Both the position numbers and the translations under genes were made by a program. A DNA stretch of 63,942 nt, filler included, from Lenisia limosa (taxonomy: Eukaryota; Protista; Breviatea): NCBI GenBank assembly GCA_001655205.1. It is 11 parts of 11 records of this genome, joined end to end, with 100 filler letters (N's around TTAATTAATTAA, not from the genome) between each part and the next. Parts side by side here need not be neighbours in the genome. Positions count along the whole stretch, not along the records: positions 1 to 21,866 come from LPNZ01006109.1; 10 more parts are not named here. One strand, written 5' to 3'. Under the pieces are notes generated by a model that had not been told where the DNA came from, did no database searches, and saw nothing but the letters and a program-made list of their open reading frames with translations. Below, in pieces: positions 1 through 14,500 of this stretch (the first letter of the stretch is position 1; each line of letters starts with the position of its first letter).

Positions 1-353
1 TGGGTTGGTGAGACGAAACGTAAATAAACAACCATGTATGAATAGTGTTGTGCTGCCCACTTGTTTGATGGGCTGGGAGAAATAGGGGTCCATATGGCTT
101 TCAAGGGGTTCAGAGAAGGACGGATCATTGCCAATCACTTCTGAACGGGTGAGTTGTTTTGGCAATACATTCCGAGACACTAAACAGAATTCATCAATTC
201 TCTTAAACACCAACCTGCAGGAGGGGGTTTGGGGTTTTCTTCATGTGTTAAACTCGGCCGCCTGATATCCCGCGAACTGAAATTGGTGAACACAAAATAT
301 AATACAAAAAGCAGTGGACTTGGGATTCACTGGACACTATGTAAAAACAAATA

Positions 354-3300
354 TTAACGACCGTATTCTTCAACAAAAACGAGAGGGGAGAGTTCAGTGA
401 GGAGTGACATGGAATCGACGATCGTCCACATACTGTGATGGCTTTTCGGGTTCGGGTTCGCTGGCTTCGGGACTAATGGGCACGAGTTGCTGGAATTCGT
501 GAGCAGGTGAAATAGAGACACCGTAGAATGTGCAAAAGTAACCATTCTTGGTCCAAGAAGATATTCACTCTGTTGTGATTGTATCCCAAAATTGCCAAGG
601 TAGAGNNNNNNNNNNNNNNNNNNNNNNNNNNNNNNNNNNNNNNNNNNNNNNNNNNNNNNNNNNNNNNNNNNNNNNNNNNNNNNNNNCAGGGGCCTTCTTG
701 CTAAATAAGGAAGGTAGCGCAAGTCGGACAATATCCGAGAAATGTGCTGATGTGGGGGATGTAACCTCCTCATCGGGTTCCTCGTCCATGTATGGCCAAA
801 ACAGGCAGTAGAGGATAACGAAGATGATCACGGCGAGGATGAGGACTATGAGAAGCCATAAGTACCATGGCCAACTGTCGTCTTCTTCAGGCTCTGTTAC
901 TGCAAAGGTGAGTACAAAACTATACTTTATTGTTTTTTTTGGAAACTACTATTGCACCAACAACAGCAAAAAAAGAAAACACCCTTCGCACTAATAACAA
1001 CATCGGAAGAAGAGTCGTCAACAATTGCAGTCACACAGTCGCTGCCGGTATATCCGTCTGAGCACTGGCATTTGCCCTAAGATGATGAGTGTCTCGTTTG
1101 ATAAGGGATAGATGACCAAGAGAACCTAATTCTATCGCGGGGTAAAGTCTTGATTCAAAAGATCGAGCCACAAATAGGGCTTCACTCCGATCCAAAAAGA
1201 AGGAATTATCTCGACAAATCCTTGATAAATATCGATATTTTACTGGTCTTTTTCCGAACAAGGGAATCCCTGGTAACAAACCTCCGAGCAGCTCCCGTGT
1301 GAGCATGACGCCGGGTCACAGACTCCTGTATTGTCAGGACTTTTGATGCGATAAACAAAATAGAGGAATGTGGAGACAGGTCTAGTAAAAAACCCAGAAA
1401 ATGAAGTCAGACACAGGTCAAAGATATATTGACAAACAGTCCGCGAAAATCGAAGAAAAAAAGAAGAAAAAGAAGAAAAAAAGAAGAAAAAGAAGAAAAA
1501 AAGAAGAAAAAGAAGAAAAAAAGAAAAAAAAATCAACACGCGATTTGCTGTTATGTCAATATAGTGCAGTTCAGTTCAGTTCCGCTCACGATCAATTGAC
1601 AGTGATACGCCATTTGTGACTTTTGACACTGAGAGCCCAACGCTGTCACTTGAAGCTCCAAAAGCCTCAACCTGTACGCGGTAATGGGAAATTCGCATGA
1701 TAAATGGGGGGGGGGGGNNNNNNNNNNNNNNNNNNNNNNNNNNNNNNNNNNNNNNNNNNNNNNNNNNNNNNNNNNNNNNNNNNNNNNNNNNNNNNNNNNN
1801 NNNNNNNNNNNNNNNNNNNNATGTCATTAATCCTTACAAATATTGCTATTACCTTGATCACCCGAAGCTTTAATAATCTCCATACCTTCGCAGAGAGAGT
1901 AGTGGTGATGGCTAAAAGAGCCATTGTGGAGCCTTCTGCAGCAGGAACTGAGGGGACAGAAACCTGGGTGGTCAATGGATGAGAGTCTCCGCCGGTGTGC
2001 TAAAAAGACGTTCTATTCACTAAATTCACCAATCAAAAATGTACTTTGTTCGTGCAAATGCTCCCCCCCCCCCCATTANNNNNNNNNNNNNNNNNNNNNN
2101 NNNNNNNNNNNNNNNNNNNNNNNNNNNNNNNNNNNNNNNNNNNNNNNNNNNNNNNNNNNNNNNNNNNNNNNNNNNNNNNNNNNGCGAAGTAATAACACCA
2201 GATCCACTAAATCGGGTTAACGACACGGTTAACAGCTTATAATTGAAAGTATAATGTACATGGGTTAATATGTATGTGATAAATTTCATATGTTTCATCA
2301 TGACATAATAAAAGGGAAATAAGCCAAGAAGAAAAGCACCCCCTACTTCATTGCTAGCTCAACCCAGCCTGCATCTTCAACCTGAAACGTGAATAGGAAA
2401 ATATAGCGTTAGAGAGAATGAATTACAGTTTAATGTTAAATACAGAATAATAACAATAAAAAAGATATCATAGCGAAAACAGAGATGTATATGGTCAAGG
2501 TTTGCAAATCCTCAGTTTAATAAGTGGCCTAACTACACTTGAATAACCGATGCTCCCAAAATATATAACAAACTGACTAATATCCTTCATTTTGATTCAT
2601 ACCCCCCCCCCCCTCCAACAGACAAAGACGCACTGATGGTAGGAGAACCGTCGGCAACAACAAGGCGGCCGGAAGCCACACGTACATCGCCGGTGACATC
2701 ATTCCAAAGCTCTAAAGTACCGTCGGAAACAAGTACACCGGAAGGGGCAGAAATAGCCCCCGCAGCCGCAACAGTTAGTTTGCCTTTGACCACGACTTCC
2801 TGGCCGGCGGTGAGGACTCCGGAGAAGACTGCAGCGGCGGAGGTGTCAAAGAGAACGGGCATAGCGGAAACGGTGAGGTCTCCGGCAGCGGACAGGGGCC
2901 CGTCTGGGGGGTGGGGTAAAATTGGAAAATTTATGAAACAAGTAAGCCCCAAATCAACTCTGTGGGCTAACAACATACGGGTTTAAAACAACAAAACGGG
3001 GGGGGGGGGNNNNNNNNNNNNNNNNNNNNNNNNNNNNNNNNNNNNNNNNNNNNNNNNNNNNNNNNNNNNNNNNNNNNNNNNNNNNNNNNNNNNNNNNNNN
3101 NNNGGTATTAATCGTCAATACTATTTCAATTGTAATGAGACAAAAACGTTCGAAGATAATCAAAATGATTAATCCTACCCACACCCCACAAACCGAAAGA
3201 AACAGAAGACCCTTCAGCTCCCGAGAGAGTTACGGTTTGTACATCAGCAATGACAACACTGGATGAAGACTCAAAACGAAGCGTACTGTCCTTTTCGAGC

Positions 3301-6300
3301 GCCCATGTTGAGGAAGAGAGCGATGCGGCTCCTTGAAGAACAAGAGACGTGTTGGTCGGAAGTGAGACTGACCCGGTGAACTCTGCAGAGCCGGAAATGA
3401 TCAGAGAACAACTAATGATGGCGTCGGAAGCCGAGAACGCGGAAGAGAGCGCAAGAGCGTCAGAACAGCTAAACGTGGCGCCGGAGGAGACCGTTAGATG
3501 TGTTACGGCCGAACTAAACTTAGTGAAATTGACGGAAGTCCCCGCTCCGGTTATGGTGGTTTGCTGAACAGTGAGGGCGGCGGCGGGTTGTGAGTGAGCG
3601 TTGGCCACGAATATCAAGGATCCGGGGCCTGTAACAGCTCCGAGTGAAGACGAGAGCGACGTGACAGAGGAGACTTCGAGGCGACAGTCAGCCCCAAGGA
3701 ACACAGTACCGTTGAGGGCTAGGTCTGATGGACGGATAGTGGCTGCGGAAGTGGCCGTAAATACGGCCCCAGACCGGATAATGAGGGTACCAGTTCCGGA
3801 TAATTCGGAATTAATTGCGGAGTTGGCCTCAAGATCAAGGGTAGCGTCAACGATGACGTCACCACTAAACGTGGCTCCGGCTGCGGCTCGTACGGTGGTA
3901 GAAATGATGACGGAGTTCAACGGAGCCCAGTGCGCGTAGAGCGTCAATGGCGCAAGGATCTGAACGGGACCTTCGGTTACAAGGCCCGGGCCGGCAGCAC
4001 GTCTACGCGAAGGTTCGAAAACCTTAAGGTCGGCCGGGTTGGTGTTGACAATGAAAGTGGATCCGGATAACGTTCGGAGAGTGGCCGTGGAGGCCATATT
4101 GATAGCACAGTCGGACCAGGTCAAAGCGTCGGGGCCGGAGGATTCAATAGACCCTCCGTCGTTAATGGTCAGAGAACTGTTGTTAATCAAATTCCATCCG
4201 CCAGCACTAACAGGTGACACGTCCGCAGCAACAATGATTCGGCCTCCGTCAAGAGTGACAGGTCCGGTGCAGGTTAATGGAGCGTTGAAGACAACGTCAC
4301 CCTTAAGAATAAAACTGGCGGCAACGGCCACGGAACACGTCATTTCCGTGCCAGTGTTGACAGTAAGACTGGACGACGACGGAATAATGATGGTAGATGA
4401 GTCGCGAGCCTCGATATTGCCCCCATTAATAACGACGGCCGAGTTGAACGAGAGGAACGCGCTTCCGGCTACGACACAGTTGTCAGTGCAGGTGAGTTCG
4501 GTGAGAGATGAGATGGTGATTGCCCCGGAGGCAGATGAGCTGAATTGGCCACCTTGCCACGTCAGAGTCGGGATAATTACATCCCCTGCTGGAAGACTGA
4601 TCTCAGAAGCGGAACCGGATAAGTGCCAATTGCTAATTGACAGACAGCTTGAGCAAAGCACACTGAAAGTAGTGGACACAGCAACAGACCCGAGTCCGGA
4701 AAGGGAAGCGGTAGAAGCGAGGGTGACATCGGAGATGACAGCAAGTGAGGCGTTAGCAGCCACCGAGACGGCACCCGATAACGTGGAAGGGGCAGCGAGC
4801 GTCATGGTACCAGTTTCAATGGAAAGTGTGACAGGAGACGGAGGGCTGTAGGGCCACTCCCAACGCAGGTCGTCGGTAGCGGAAGGAAGAGCAACCTGAA
4901 ACGTGAGAAGGGCCTAGATAGTTACAAAAACCACGCATGATCCAAATATATATGCCTTTTGTTTTAACTAAATCATACTATTGAGAACCAGAGCTTCACA
5001 GAATCTTCTATAAATAGTACAGTATAGCCCACAGATAGGTCTCCTTGAATGACCAGCGGGGCCGGGGAGCGAGGAACCGACGGGGCAATGGGGACGGCGG
5101 AATTGATGGTGACGGTACAGCCTGGCTCGGAGGTGATTACTGCAGAATTGACAAGCGTTAATGAACCGGATGCGAGGGTTAAGGTTGCGCCTGATACGCA
5201 AATCAAGGATTCGGACAGAGAAACGGAATCGGAGGACGCAGCAACTGAAAGAGCGCTGCCAGAGAGCATCGTAATTTCGGAAGTGATCGAGCCCGATTGA
5301 AGTTCTAAAACGCTACCCGGGCCCAGCGTGATGTTGGCAGCAAGGATGGCAGAGGAGGAAACGATGACGTGTCCACCAGTTCCGATTATCAGAGTACCGG
5401 CTCCGGATAATGATGTTGCGGACAGGTCCAACTGTGAGGTTACCTCCAGGGTCTTGCCGGAACTGATTGTAGCATCAGTGGCCATGAGAACGCCTGGACC
5501 AGAAACGACTCCGGCCAATTCGCTTCCGATGAAGTGAACTGAACTGCTAGCTTCCGACAAAACGACCTGGATGTCATCCCATATAGGGGTTGCAGATGAG
5601 GTGTACGTTAAAAGTCCACCGGCAGCTACATTGACTGCTCCTGTAGAGACCTACTGCGTAAAATGGGGACATATTACTTGATAAAAATCATTCTACAATC
5701 AGAAATGGCCCAAAGCTTACCCCCCCCCCCTACCTTAGTTGTAGTAGTGCTGAAGAGCTCGGTGGTATGGGTGAAGACAACCGCTGACGAGAGGCTCACG
5801 TTTTCAGCAACCGAGAGAGCTCCATCAAAGAAGAGGCCTAGGGGTGAGAGGATATCGGGTCATCAGAATGTCAACAAATCAATAGCAATCAAAACTAAAA
5901 CGATGGATGTCGTCTGTTTTTGATAATCTACTTTCATATGACATATCGATAAATATAATGATATAATAAGCTACGTTATGTATGAGTGTTTCTGTGTTTT
6001 TGTTTGTTTTGTATTTTGGTATTATGCCGTGTGGAATTACGAAAAGAAATTAATGTGAGCAAGCCTAATGAAAAATGCTAATGTAATTATCCTTCGCCAA
6101 CCCACCAAGTATATTTGGAATACCATTTGAAAGTATATTTGGAATAACATTTGATAGTATATTTGGAATACCTTTTTTGGCACTTTTGAAAACGTTATTC
6201 TTCGTGCGTTTAAACATCCACGAAACCAATTCCAAGCCCACCATTATCGCTGCCACCAGGAAGCTCCGAAATGGAGGAGTCATGGCTGAAGAGTACCTGG

Positions 6301-7630
6301 CTACCAGCTGAGGCCAAAAGGGCCGTGTACTACATCGTTAGTAAGTTAAAATCAAGCGCACCACACGAATATCAGAATGAGACATAGTTGCACTTAAATC
6401 TCTTCACTGCGCCCATAACGTGAAACAGACCCTTACAAACCTTGTCAAAGATGAGATTAACAGGGCCCTGGGTGGTGGCCAAAGCGCCAGAATCCATTTC
6501 AATGTTGAACATCGTCAGACTGAGCTCACTGACAACTCCCGTGGCGGAGCCAAAGACAAGTCTGCCGCCACTTTTGATGGACACTGCTGAGGCCAGGAAA
6601 AGGTCCTTGAACCCCGTCATAGACCCAGATTCGAAGATAAGAAGGCCTGTTTCATTAAAACCATGTGAATGCGTTTATATAATACATGGAGAAATAAATA
6701 TTTGCTATGGTAAGATATTAATGCTCATGTCTGAATAATCTATAAGAAAAAAAAACATATTGACCCCCACCTTGATCCAGAATATCAAGCCCATTGGAGA
6801 ACACGAGGGAGCCAGTGACAATAACCTCGCCTCTCTGGCCGATGTCCGTCGAAATGGCCTGGGACATAGTGCCCCGGACACTGATGCGGAATTTGGAGGC
6901 AGATGCGTCGATGGCACATGGCGCGCCTGTACCACTGCAGACTCCACATTCATCAAACGTGCCTGAGGTGCAAGCTGCGAGGAGGGTGATGGAATATTGG
7001 AAGTAGTCTTTGGGAGTTGTTAAAATCGTATCTACTAATTCAAAACACCAGAAAAGAGACAACAAAGATATTTCTGATTGAGATGTTTCTGGCACATACT
7101 ATTACAATAATCTCATAATACAACGTTGAACAGGGAGAGAAAGAAAACCCCAGCATAGGCCGCTATGATACATGGACAATAGGGGGGTTTTACGATTGTG
7201 GAATTACAGTAGTGTGCCCAAGGAGCTGTCTCCTCTTACAATGCTTCATTTCTCTAAATACCCCAATACTCCAAACGTCAAACACTCCTTGTCCCCATAA
7301 ACGAGAAAAAAACATGGCGATAGGTCCCTACAAGCCATGTACAAAGTAAGCCCACCTCCAATATAGGCGTGCTGGTAAAGGGCTGTGTAGCCACTGGGGA
7401 TGGTAACTTCAATATCTGAAGCTGAAATAGCTTTCGAGAAAATAACTGTATCACTGGATCCAGGCACCGCTCCTAATGACCAGTTCTACAGGGGATAAGC
7501 AATACTGCTACGATCATTGACTTACGTTATGGTCTGACCAGAGTCCAGAGCCTCCAATCCATTCAACATTTGTGGAATAGCAACCTGAAAAAGCCGCAAG
7601 AACGACCCAGAGGGCCAGGAGGGTCCTCAT
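354..7630 (-). CDS. Large multi-exon cell-surface protein: signal peptide, Ser/Thr/Ala/Gly-rich beta-helix/autotransporter-passenger-like repeats, EGF-like domain, one TM helix, cytoplasmic tail
   Basis: Start ATG at 7630 reads MRTLLALWVVLAAFSGCYSTNVEWIGGSGLWSDHN|NWSLGAVPGSSDTVIF, a signal peptide followed by a W-x-G-G-x-G-x-W...NWS-x-G-x-VP motif. Other exons: DECGVCSGTGAPC (~6900); long exons ~4973-5660 and ~3200-4900; split EGF VCDPASCSHGSCSE|GKCQCSDGYTGSDC (~1290-1335 and ~1030-1075); TM WPWYLWLLIVLILAVIIFVILYCLFW (~800-880). The last exon frame and the stop (354-396) are uncertain. Confidence 0.85.
1458..1530. repeat. A-rich (AAG)n-type microsatellite in an intron
   Basis: aagaagaaaaagaagaaaaa repeats; explains the spurious poly-K and poly-F ORFs. 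Confidence 0.9.
2904..3009 (-). mobile_element. Intron-associated repeat family A (3' module) forming the acceptor of an intron in the surface-protein gene
   Basis: Minus strand reads gttttgttgttttaaacccgtatgttgttagcccacagagttgatttggggcttacttgtttcataaattttccaattttaccccacccccccAG and is followed directly by an exon. Confidence 0.8.
6095..6172. repeat. 24-bp tandem repeat x3 (intronic)
   Basis: tatatttggaata(c/a)catttga(a/t)ag repeated. Confidence 0.8.
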
Positions 7631-8123
7631 TTAATGGAAGAGGCGTCTACCTGGCGAAGTCAAACAAGATTAATGGCTTGGGCCCAACTCTTTTGCTAGG
7701 TTCTTCTTGTAAATATATATTTTTACATGTTACAGGGGCAGCTGAAAACGGAGGCTTCTCAAATCAATAAACCTGAGGTTTGGTGGTAAATTCCAGCTTT
7801 TGACGGTAGGATTAATAAATAATTATCCAATATCAACAATATAAATCACACGCTAATACATACAATTGTCTGTGGAGATTAATTTGGTTTTGCTGAGTTT
7901 TTATTCGATAAATAATATCGATAAAATATCGAGCTTTTCAGTCCAATTGATTAGAAGAATCATCCTTTTGTCCTTCTACAGCTGCCTCCCTTTAGCTGCT
8001 CCCGTATTAGTGAGTTATTCCTAGAAAAGTGGGAATTGAAAAGTAAGAACTTCTAGATTATATTTCTTTGGCATTGCTTACCTAACAAAGTGTCTGACGC
8101 TCTAGCTTTGTGACTTTCCCCAA

Positions 8124-11100
8124 ATGTCAGAAGCCAAGAAACAAAGAAAAATGGAAGCCCAGGAGAAACTGGTGTGTTTTGGGAAAGTATGACATTTTCC
8201 ACCGAAGCTATTCTCGTCTCTTCATCTTCGTATTCACTCTTCAGGTGTGGCTTGACTGTGACCCTGGGCATGGTAAGCTTACCTGTTGGTTCCAATGTGG
8301 TGATACAGCAGACTATTACGATAATACTGAAAGAACCATAACGGTGATATTCAAGATACAAGTTTAACCAATAATAATCAGAGCTTATAATACCTGATAT
8401 CTTCTTTCCTCACTCCTTTAGATGACATGATGGCAATATTCCTTGCAAGTTTGTTTATGGGATTAATCATAGAGTTGTACATTTGACTGTGTGTGCTGCA
8501 GTACTTTTGTTTTTTTGAAAAATGATATATTTTTTGGTAACTTTTTTTTTTTTTTTGTTTTTTACGAAATAACTTCAAACTTTAGCACATACCCCCGGGT
8601 TGAAGCTCATTGGATTGTCCACTTCTCATGGCAATGTGGATGTTGAAAAAACTACAGCAAACACTCTCAAGGTTTGGCACCTTCTTTTGATTTGTAGCTT
8701 GTTTAAGTTAAATATCTGTCTTCTTTCTTCACAACTGCAACCACTCATCTGCGGCAGTTTCAGAGTCTAGTCTTTCTTTTGGCACGAGACATAAACGTGT
8801 AACTTTTCAGGCATGTTTAATGGCAGGATGTACAGACGTTCCCATTTATAAGGGTCAGGCTAAGCCTATTGTTAGGTGTGTTAGCCTTCGTCATTTTTCT
8901 GTTGTTTTTTTTTTATTCCGGTTCTCATTTTTCAGGGATGCCTGGGTATGCCCTGAAATACATGGCGATTCTGGCCTTGATGGTGGGCTTTTTATTGATT
9001 CAGTGTTTTAATATCCAAGAACATGATATCGTTTTTTCACCCCTATGCTGATTCAGTCTAAGGCTGCTTCACCCAGTTGCAGGAAGCTAGTCTTTAAAAA
9101 TTATTGCCTATTCTCAACTTGAACAAATAAACGACGTGATGGTGGTGATAGTAGAAACTCATAGCTTGCTCCTTTGTTTTGGCTTTCTCGGTTCTGCCAA
9201 TCTCTGCCATTCACAAGCCAGGTACAAGCTTTGATTGGTCCATCCTGGAAAGCGCCGAATTCAGCAACCAGGTCAAGCCTCAGAAGGCTGTAATGGCCAT
9301 GGCCGAAGCCATTCGTGGGGAGGGGGGTATATTTGCAATTGTCATATGACGTTGCAAATAGAGACGTGCATTGTTTGCCGACTCTGATCATCAGTTATTT
9401 TTGAAAAGTCATTAGCAATGAACTTGAAGTGAAGCCTTATTAATCCCAGAAAACGCCAAATCAAAGGTAACAGTTGTTGCAACAGGCTGTCAAACAAATG
9501 TTGCTCTCATGCTGACGTTGTTCCCGGAAGTTAAGAGCAATGTTGGTGAGACAAACATCCAGAATGTCTTTTTTACTTGTTTTTTTGTTTGAACAAATGT
9601 TTCAATGGAGGAAAAGTCATCTTGTTATGTGTGAACTATTGTCATCTAACTTCAGATTGAGGAAATTGTCTTTATGGGAGGAGGTATTGGCTTCGGAAAC
9701 ATCACCCCAGCAGCTGAATTCAATATCCTGGTATGTCACCCTCTTTCATTTGCTCTTTTGTTGTTATATTGTTTGCATTGCTCCTCCTCGTTCTAGCTTT
9801 CCTTTTTAGTATGTGCACTTTTCAACATGAGATAAACTTCAGAAGATTGCACTACTTTTTTGGAAGGAAGATGAACAGGAATAATCCCTCATACTACAAT
9901 GATAGTATGCGAATCATTTATAAAACCCCCACTGAATCCCCCACACACTCGTCGTTACCCTCCCTGCTGGGCTTGGTGTGAGTTACAATCAAGGAAATCG
10001 TATCAAAGAGATAATAATAATTCTGGTAGTTTTTGAAGTGAGTGTGTATCCCCTTTCTTTTACTGCCATGTGCTAGATCGACCCAGAAGCGGCTCGTATT
10101 GTCATGGAGTCTGGGTGCAGAGTGGTTATGGTGCCTCTTGAGGTAGGCAAATATGTTGGGGAAAGGAGGATATCGAGAAATAGAGATAAGTTACCAAGAT
10201 TTTTGTTTGATTTTGAATAATTAGTCGTAAATACAATATTGAGTTTAAGTTATACTACTCCCTTTTTGGCCTTCACCTCCCAGGTCACCCATAAATGCCT
10301 TGTTACAAAGGAGGTTCTGGCATCCATTAACGAGTGGGAGGATGGGCTCTGAAAATGGTCCCAAAATATCGCTAACATGGATTTATTGAGAATTTATTGA
10401 TAAATTCAGGCTTTCAAAATGAAGGATTATACGTTTCACCCCTAATTGCCTTACTACCGTAGCTTTGTCAGTAACTCACCCCATTTTTTAGGATTGGTTC
10501 CAACTTCTCCACCATTGTTAATGACCTTCTTTTGTTCTTCAAGAAAACCTACGATGTAGGGGAATAAATACTGTCTTTTCGGTTTAAGATATTACCAAAC
10601 AGGCTTTTTAGACTGTTACAGTCAAGATCATATATCTGTTTACCATATACCTCTATGTGTACCATACCTCTTAACCCTTCGCAACTCATTTGTCATAGGA
10701 GGTATTTGGGATGCCTGATCCACCCCTTCACGACCCTTGTGCTATCGCCTATGTAATCAATAAGGAGGTAAGTGGTGCGTATGGTGTCTAAGATACTAGC
10801 TGACAACAGGATATATCAATGAAGAGGGTGTCTTGAACTGTTTAATGATTATAACGATTGTCCTTATCTCTTTAAAAGGGCTCAAGACAATGAATATTGT
10901 CCTTTCTCTCCCGCCGTTGCCTTGACAGGAGAAAACTTGTTTCCAGTGTATATTTCGCACATTTTAAATTGACAGCTCTTCAAAACGGCAACATGCAACG
11001 TTTTCATTGACACGAGCGAAAGTCCCACTGCCGGGCGCACCTGTTGTGATATGTTCAAACTGAACAAGGTATTGATTTTTATCAATCTTTTTACAGAAAT

Positions 11101-11239
11101 TCTAAAATTGGTTCATTACCTTACTGCACAGGATGCGAAGCACACCGCTATTGTTTGCGAGTCAATGGACGTTGAATCTTTCTGGACTCTCATGATTTCG
11201 TCGTTGAAGAGAGCTGATGCAGTGTCTGGTGTGAACTAA
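8124..11239 (+). CDS. iunH: Inosine-uridine preferring nucleoside hydrolase (IUNH family), multi-exon
   Basis: Exons read MSEAKKQRKMEAQEKL|VWLDCDPGH|DDMMAIFLA (DxDPGxDD motif), LIGLSTSHGNVDVEKTTANTL, VCPEIHGDSGLDG, GIGFGNITPAAEFNI, DPEAARIVMESG...VPLEVTH, PPLHDPCAIAYVI, FIDTSESPTAGRTCCD and MDVESFWTLMISSL; stop at 11239. Confidence 0.93.
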
Positions 11240-11598
11240 TTTCGTTATTTCTTACGGCTTCTTTGTTTCTTTTGTTCTTCATGGTTTTGAGTAACCAAGT
11301 GGTATGGCTTGATATAAAGGTATTTTTATTGGTGTGTGGAAAAGTGGAAAGCAAAAATCCATAACGGCATGAAATTGAATCTGAGGTGGACGCGAAAGGA
11401 TTTTGGATTTTGATTTGGGCGGTTTTAGTCAAGTTATTGTTAGGGAGCTGTGAATAATTGTTGTTTTGGTATATTATTTGAATAATAATAATTCATGATT
11501 TTAAAGAGTAGAGACTGCTAGGAGAACCCAACCTTTCCTGAAAACGCGAGAACAGGAACACTATCCTTCCCTCAAGGTCCCCAAATCAGTAATCCACA

Positions 11599-14500
11599 AT
11601 GTCTCTCTTCCAAGAGGTGTTATTCGCAGCTTTAGAGGACAACAACACTCTCGCTATTCAATGTGCTCTCAAGAATGGTGTGTTCTTCCCAACTGTTGCT
11701 CCTTATAAACATTTATTGTCCATGTGTTTGATGTCATCCTAAAACAACATTGTCAAAATGTTTGCACATTTGATAACTGCTCTCAAGGTGCCGACATAGG
11801 GCATGTCTACACCGAGCACTACAACTTCACTGTGTTCCATATTGCCTGTGCCCTAGGTTGGTGGGAGGTAGCTTCATTAATAAGATATCTGTCCAAAATT
11901 TTCACTCTGTGCTTCCCGAGAATGTTGGCTATCAGAAAGCTTCTGGCGGGAGGCGCCTTCTTATGGTCTTAATCTCTTTGCTTACTTCAGCTTTGTCTTC
12001 TACAACGTGGTCACTCATATAGGACGAGAGGAATGTCTGATGCTGCTTTTGAGTAATTTGAAGGACCAAAGTGTTCTTTACACGTAAGCCACCTCTGTAG
12101 TTAGTAACTTTAGTCTATTATGATTCAATACCTTGCAGTAACTAACAACAATAATCTCCGGTAACCTCAGTACAAATAGCCGCTTACGTTACAGGCCAGA
12201 CAACAGCGGGAAAACATGTCTACATAGGGCGGCTGCCTGCGGTCATGTCGGGGTCATCAAGCTTCTTGTCAACGAAGGTATTTGTGATGCGCTTTTATGC
12301 AGTTGGCCCTTCCATTGAATTAGTTAGAGCCTAACACTTTGAAAATGAAATATGGGTGAAAAAGGCTGAAAACACTTCAACTAAGGATTTGTGTTTTTTT
12401 TTTTAATGAAGCTAACCCCAGGCGGGCTAACCTTTATCACATTGCCTAGGTATCCTTGTTGACACCCTTGATAACGACAAACGGTCCGCCGCCGTGGTGG
12501 CTGTTTTTGCCGGGTGTGGTGAGGCTGCTGCCACCCTCATGAAGCTTGAAAATGTCCAGCGAGGTAGCATGGAGGGGCGAGTGTGTCGGTATTGAACCAT
12601 TTACAGTATTTAATCTCATTTCCACATTATTCACAAGAGTGTAATTGAAAGATGTGCTTTAAAAATATTAAGCTCCTTCATTATTAATTTACCACGTTTT
12701 CATCCGACAAGGGGCTATACTTAGGGCCTCACTTCGGTTCAAATAATACCGGTAAAATATCGATAGTTTTCGAGGATTTATTGAGATATTCAGTCTTTTT
12801 TTCGAACCTACATAAGTGAAGCCTTAGCTGTACATTTCAAATATCAGAATAATCCTTGACATTTTAAATTCTAACCCCTCTACCCCTCTTCACCCCGAAG
12901 CTGCACTGACTGATATGATGAGCCAAGTCCGGGTTGAGAATATGAGCGATTCCGAAGATGATAGTGATAGTGACTTTGAGCCCCTACAGGTGGGCTGTTT
13001 ATCATCATATATACATAGTATCTACTATATGATCAAATCAAATATATCAGATGTAGTGTACGGTGCTTTATAGTTTTGTGAGATTAATGAAACTATGTCT
13101 TGGCATGAATTTTTTGCAGTATTGTTTCAACTTTATCGTATTTGTGACGATTTAGGAGTCACCCCTTCCAAAAGCAACCTGCAAAGAATGGACAAGTATG
13201 GGGGATCACCAATGGGCGAAAAGAGTCATGCATGCACATGCTGAGAACAGACACCTATCTAATTTCTTGTTGGATATTTCTTCTTTTTCAGTTCCCTTTC
13301 CAGAATTATTTTGATGATATCATGCTATTATCTGTCTTTTTGAGATAAATTGATCTAAATTGGGGTTTTGCTTTCGAACCCCAAGTCAAGTTACTTCTGA
13401 TACTTAGGCCTTCACGTGGCTGCGGCTTCGGGGGATTTAAATCTGCTTCGATCCCTTTTGTAAGTTTGGGTGTTCCGCGTTGAATCTTTGTGGTATTTTG
13501 TGATGGTTAAGATAATATCCTACAGAACAGCAATCAACCAGGTATCAGTAGGGACCTCAATAACCAGTGCTCCTTTCTGGAATTATTGCGCATCTGAATA
13601 TTTATTTGTGTTCGATTTCAACCTTTTATAAACGTCTTTTGATTTCAGCAACAAAACGAATTATTAACAACTCCTAGTGCCTCTTCAGAGAACCCCCGCG
13701 ATTACGTTGACATGAAATCCTATGGTTTAACACCCCTCTTTGTGGCAGCCACGTGTGACCACCATCACTGTGTCAACTATCTTCTTGCTGTTGGAGCTGA
13801 CGTATGGAGGTGGTACAATGGACCAAAGATTGCAATGACAACATGTATTTATATATGTGTTTTGGAGAAAGTCTGTAGATTTAAGAACAGAGGAGGGGGT
13901 AAGGATTAACTAAGCATATCAGAGCAAGAGTTTTCTGGTGCACCAGAGTGGTGGTTTTAAAAGACGTAAGACTCTCAGCCTCTAATGATTCAGATCCACG
14001 AAAGGGACATTGATGTCTGTACGATCCTCCATCGAGCCGCTTGCACTGCCGGACGGGAAACAATCGGCATACTGATTGACAGTGGGTGTGATACTACTAG
14101 TGTGAAAATGTATACACACATGTATATGTGTGTGTTTTTTTTATCTTGATGGGATTGTTTGTGTTCTCTGTTGTGTTTATATAAATCGTATAGAGCGTAA
14201 CTAAAGGCATTTCCAGTTGCCGTATAGTAGCAACATACCACATCTATCTAAGCGCTGACCCCTTAGGTGGAGCCGAGTTGGATGAGCCACGACCACAATC
14301 CGGTGTGACGCCGCTGATGAACGCTGGTTAGTATTTCCGTGTAAATTTTATATTTTATGCTGTATCTATCATATTTAGCATTCTAATGGCATTTTCTGCG
14401 TTTTGGTGGGAAACTTCAGCCGACATATATTTTTTCTAGTTGTTTGTCATGTGTTTTATGAGATCAAAACAGCCCACTGACGTAATAGCGAGAAGAGGCA

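Noticed and set aside
1240-1619. Poly-Lys and poly-Phe ORFs
   Set aside because: They are translations of an intronic A-rich microsatellite.
4039-4851. 270-aa plus-strand ORF, with others at 3349-3939 and 5049-5537
   Set aside because: These are antisense shadows of the long minus-strand exons of the surface-protein gene.
3200-4900. Bacterial contamination or a recent HGT block (long higher-GC ORF)
   Set aside because: It is flanked by spliceosomal introns carrying the host repeat family and continues into EGF and TM exons.
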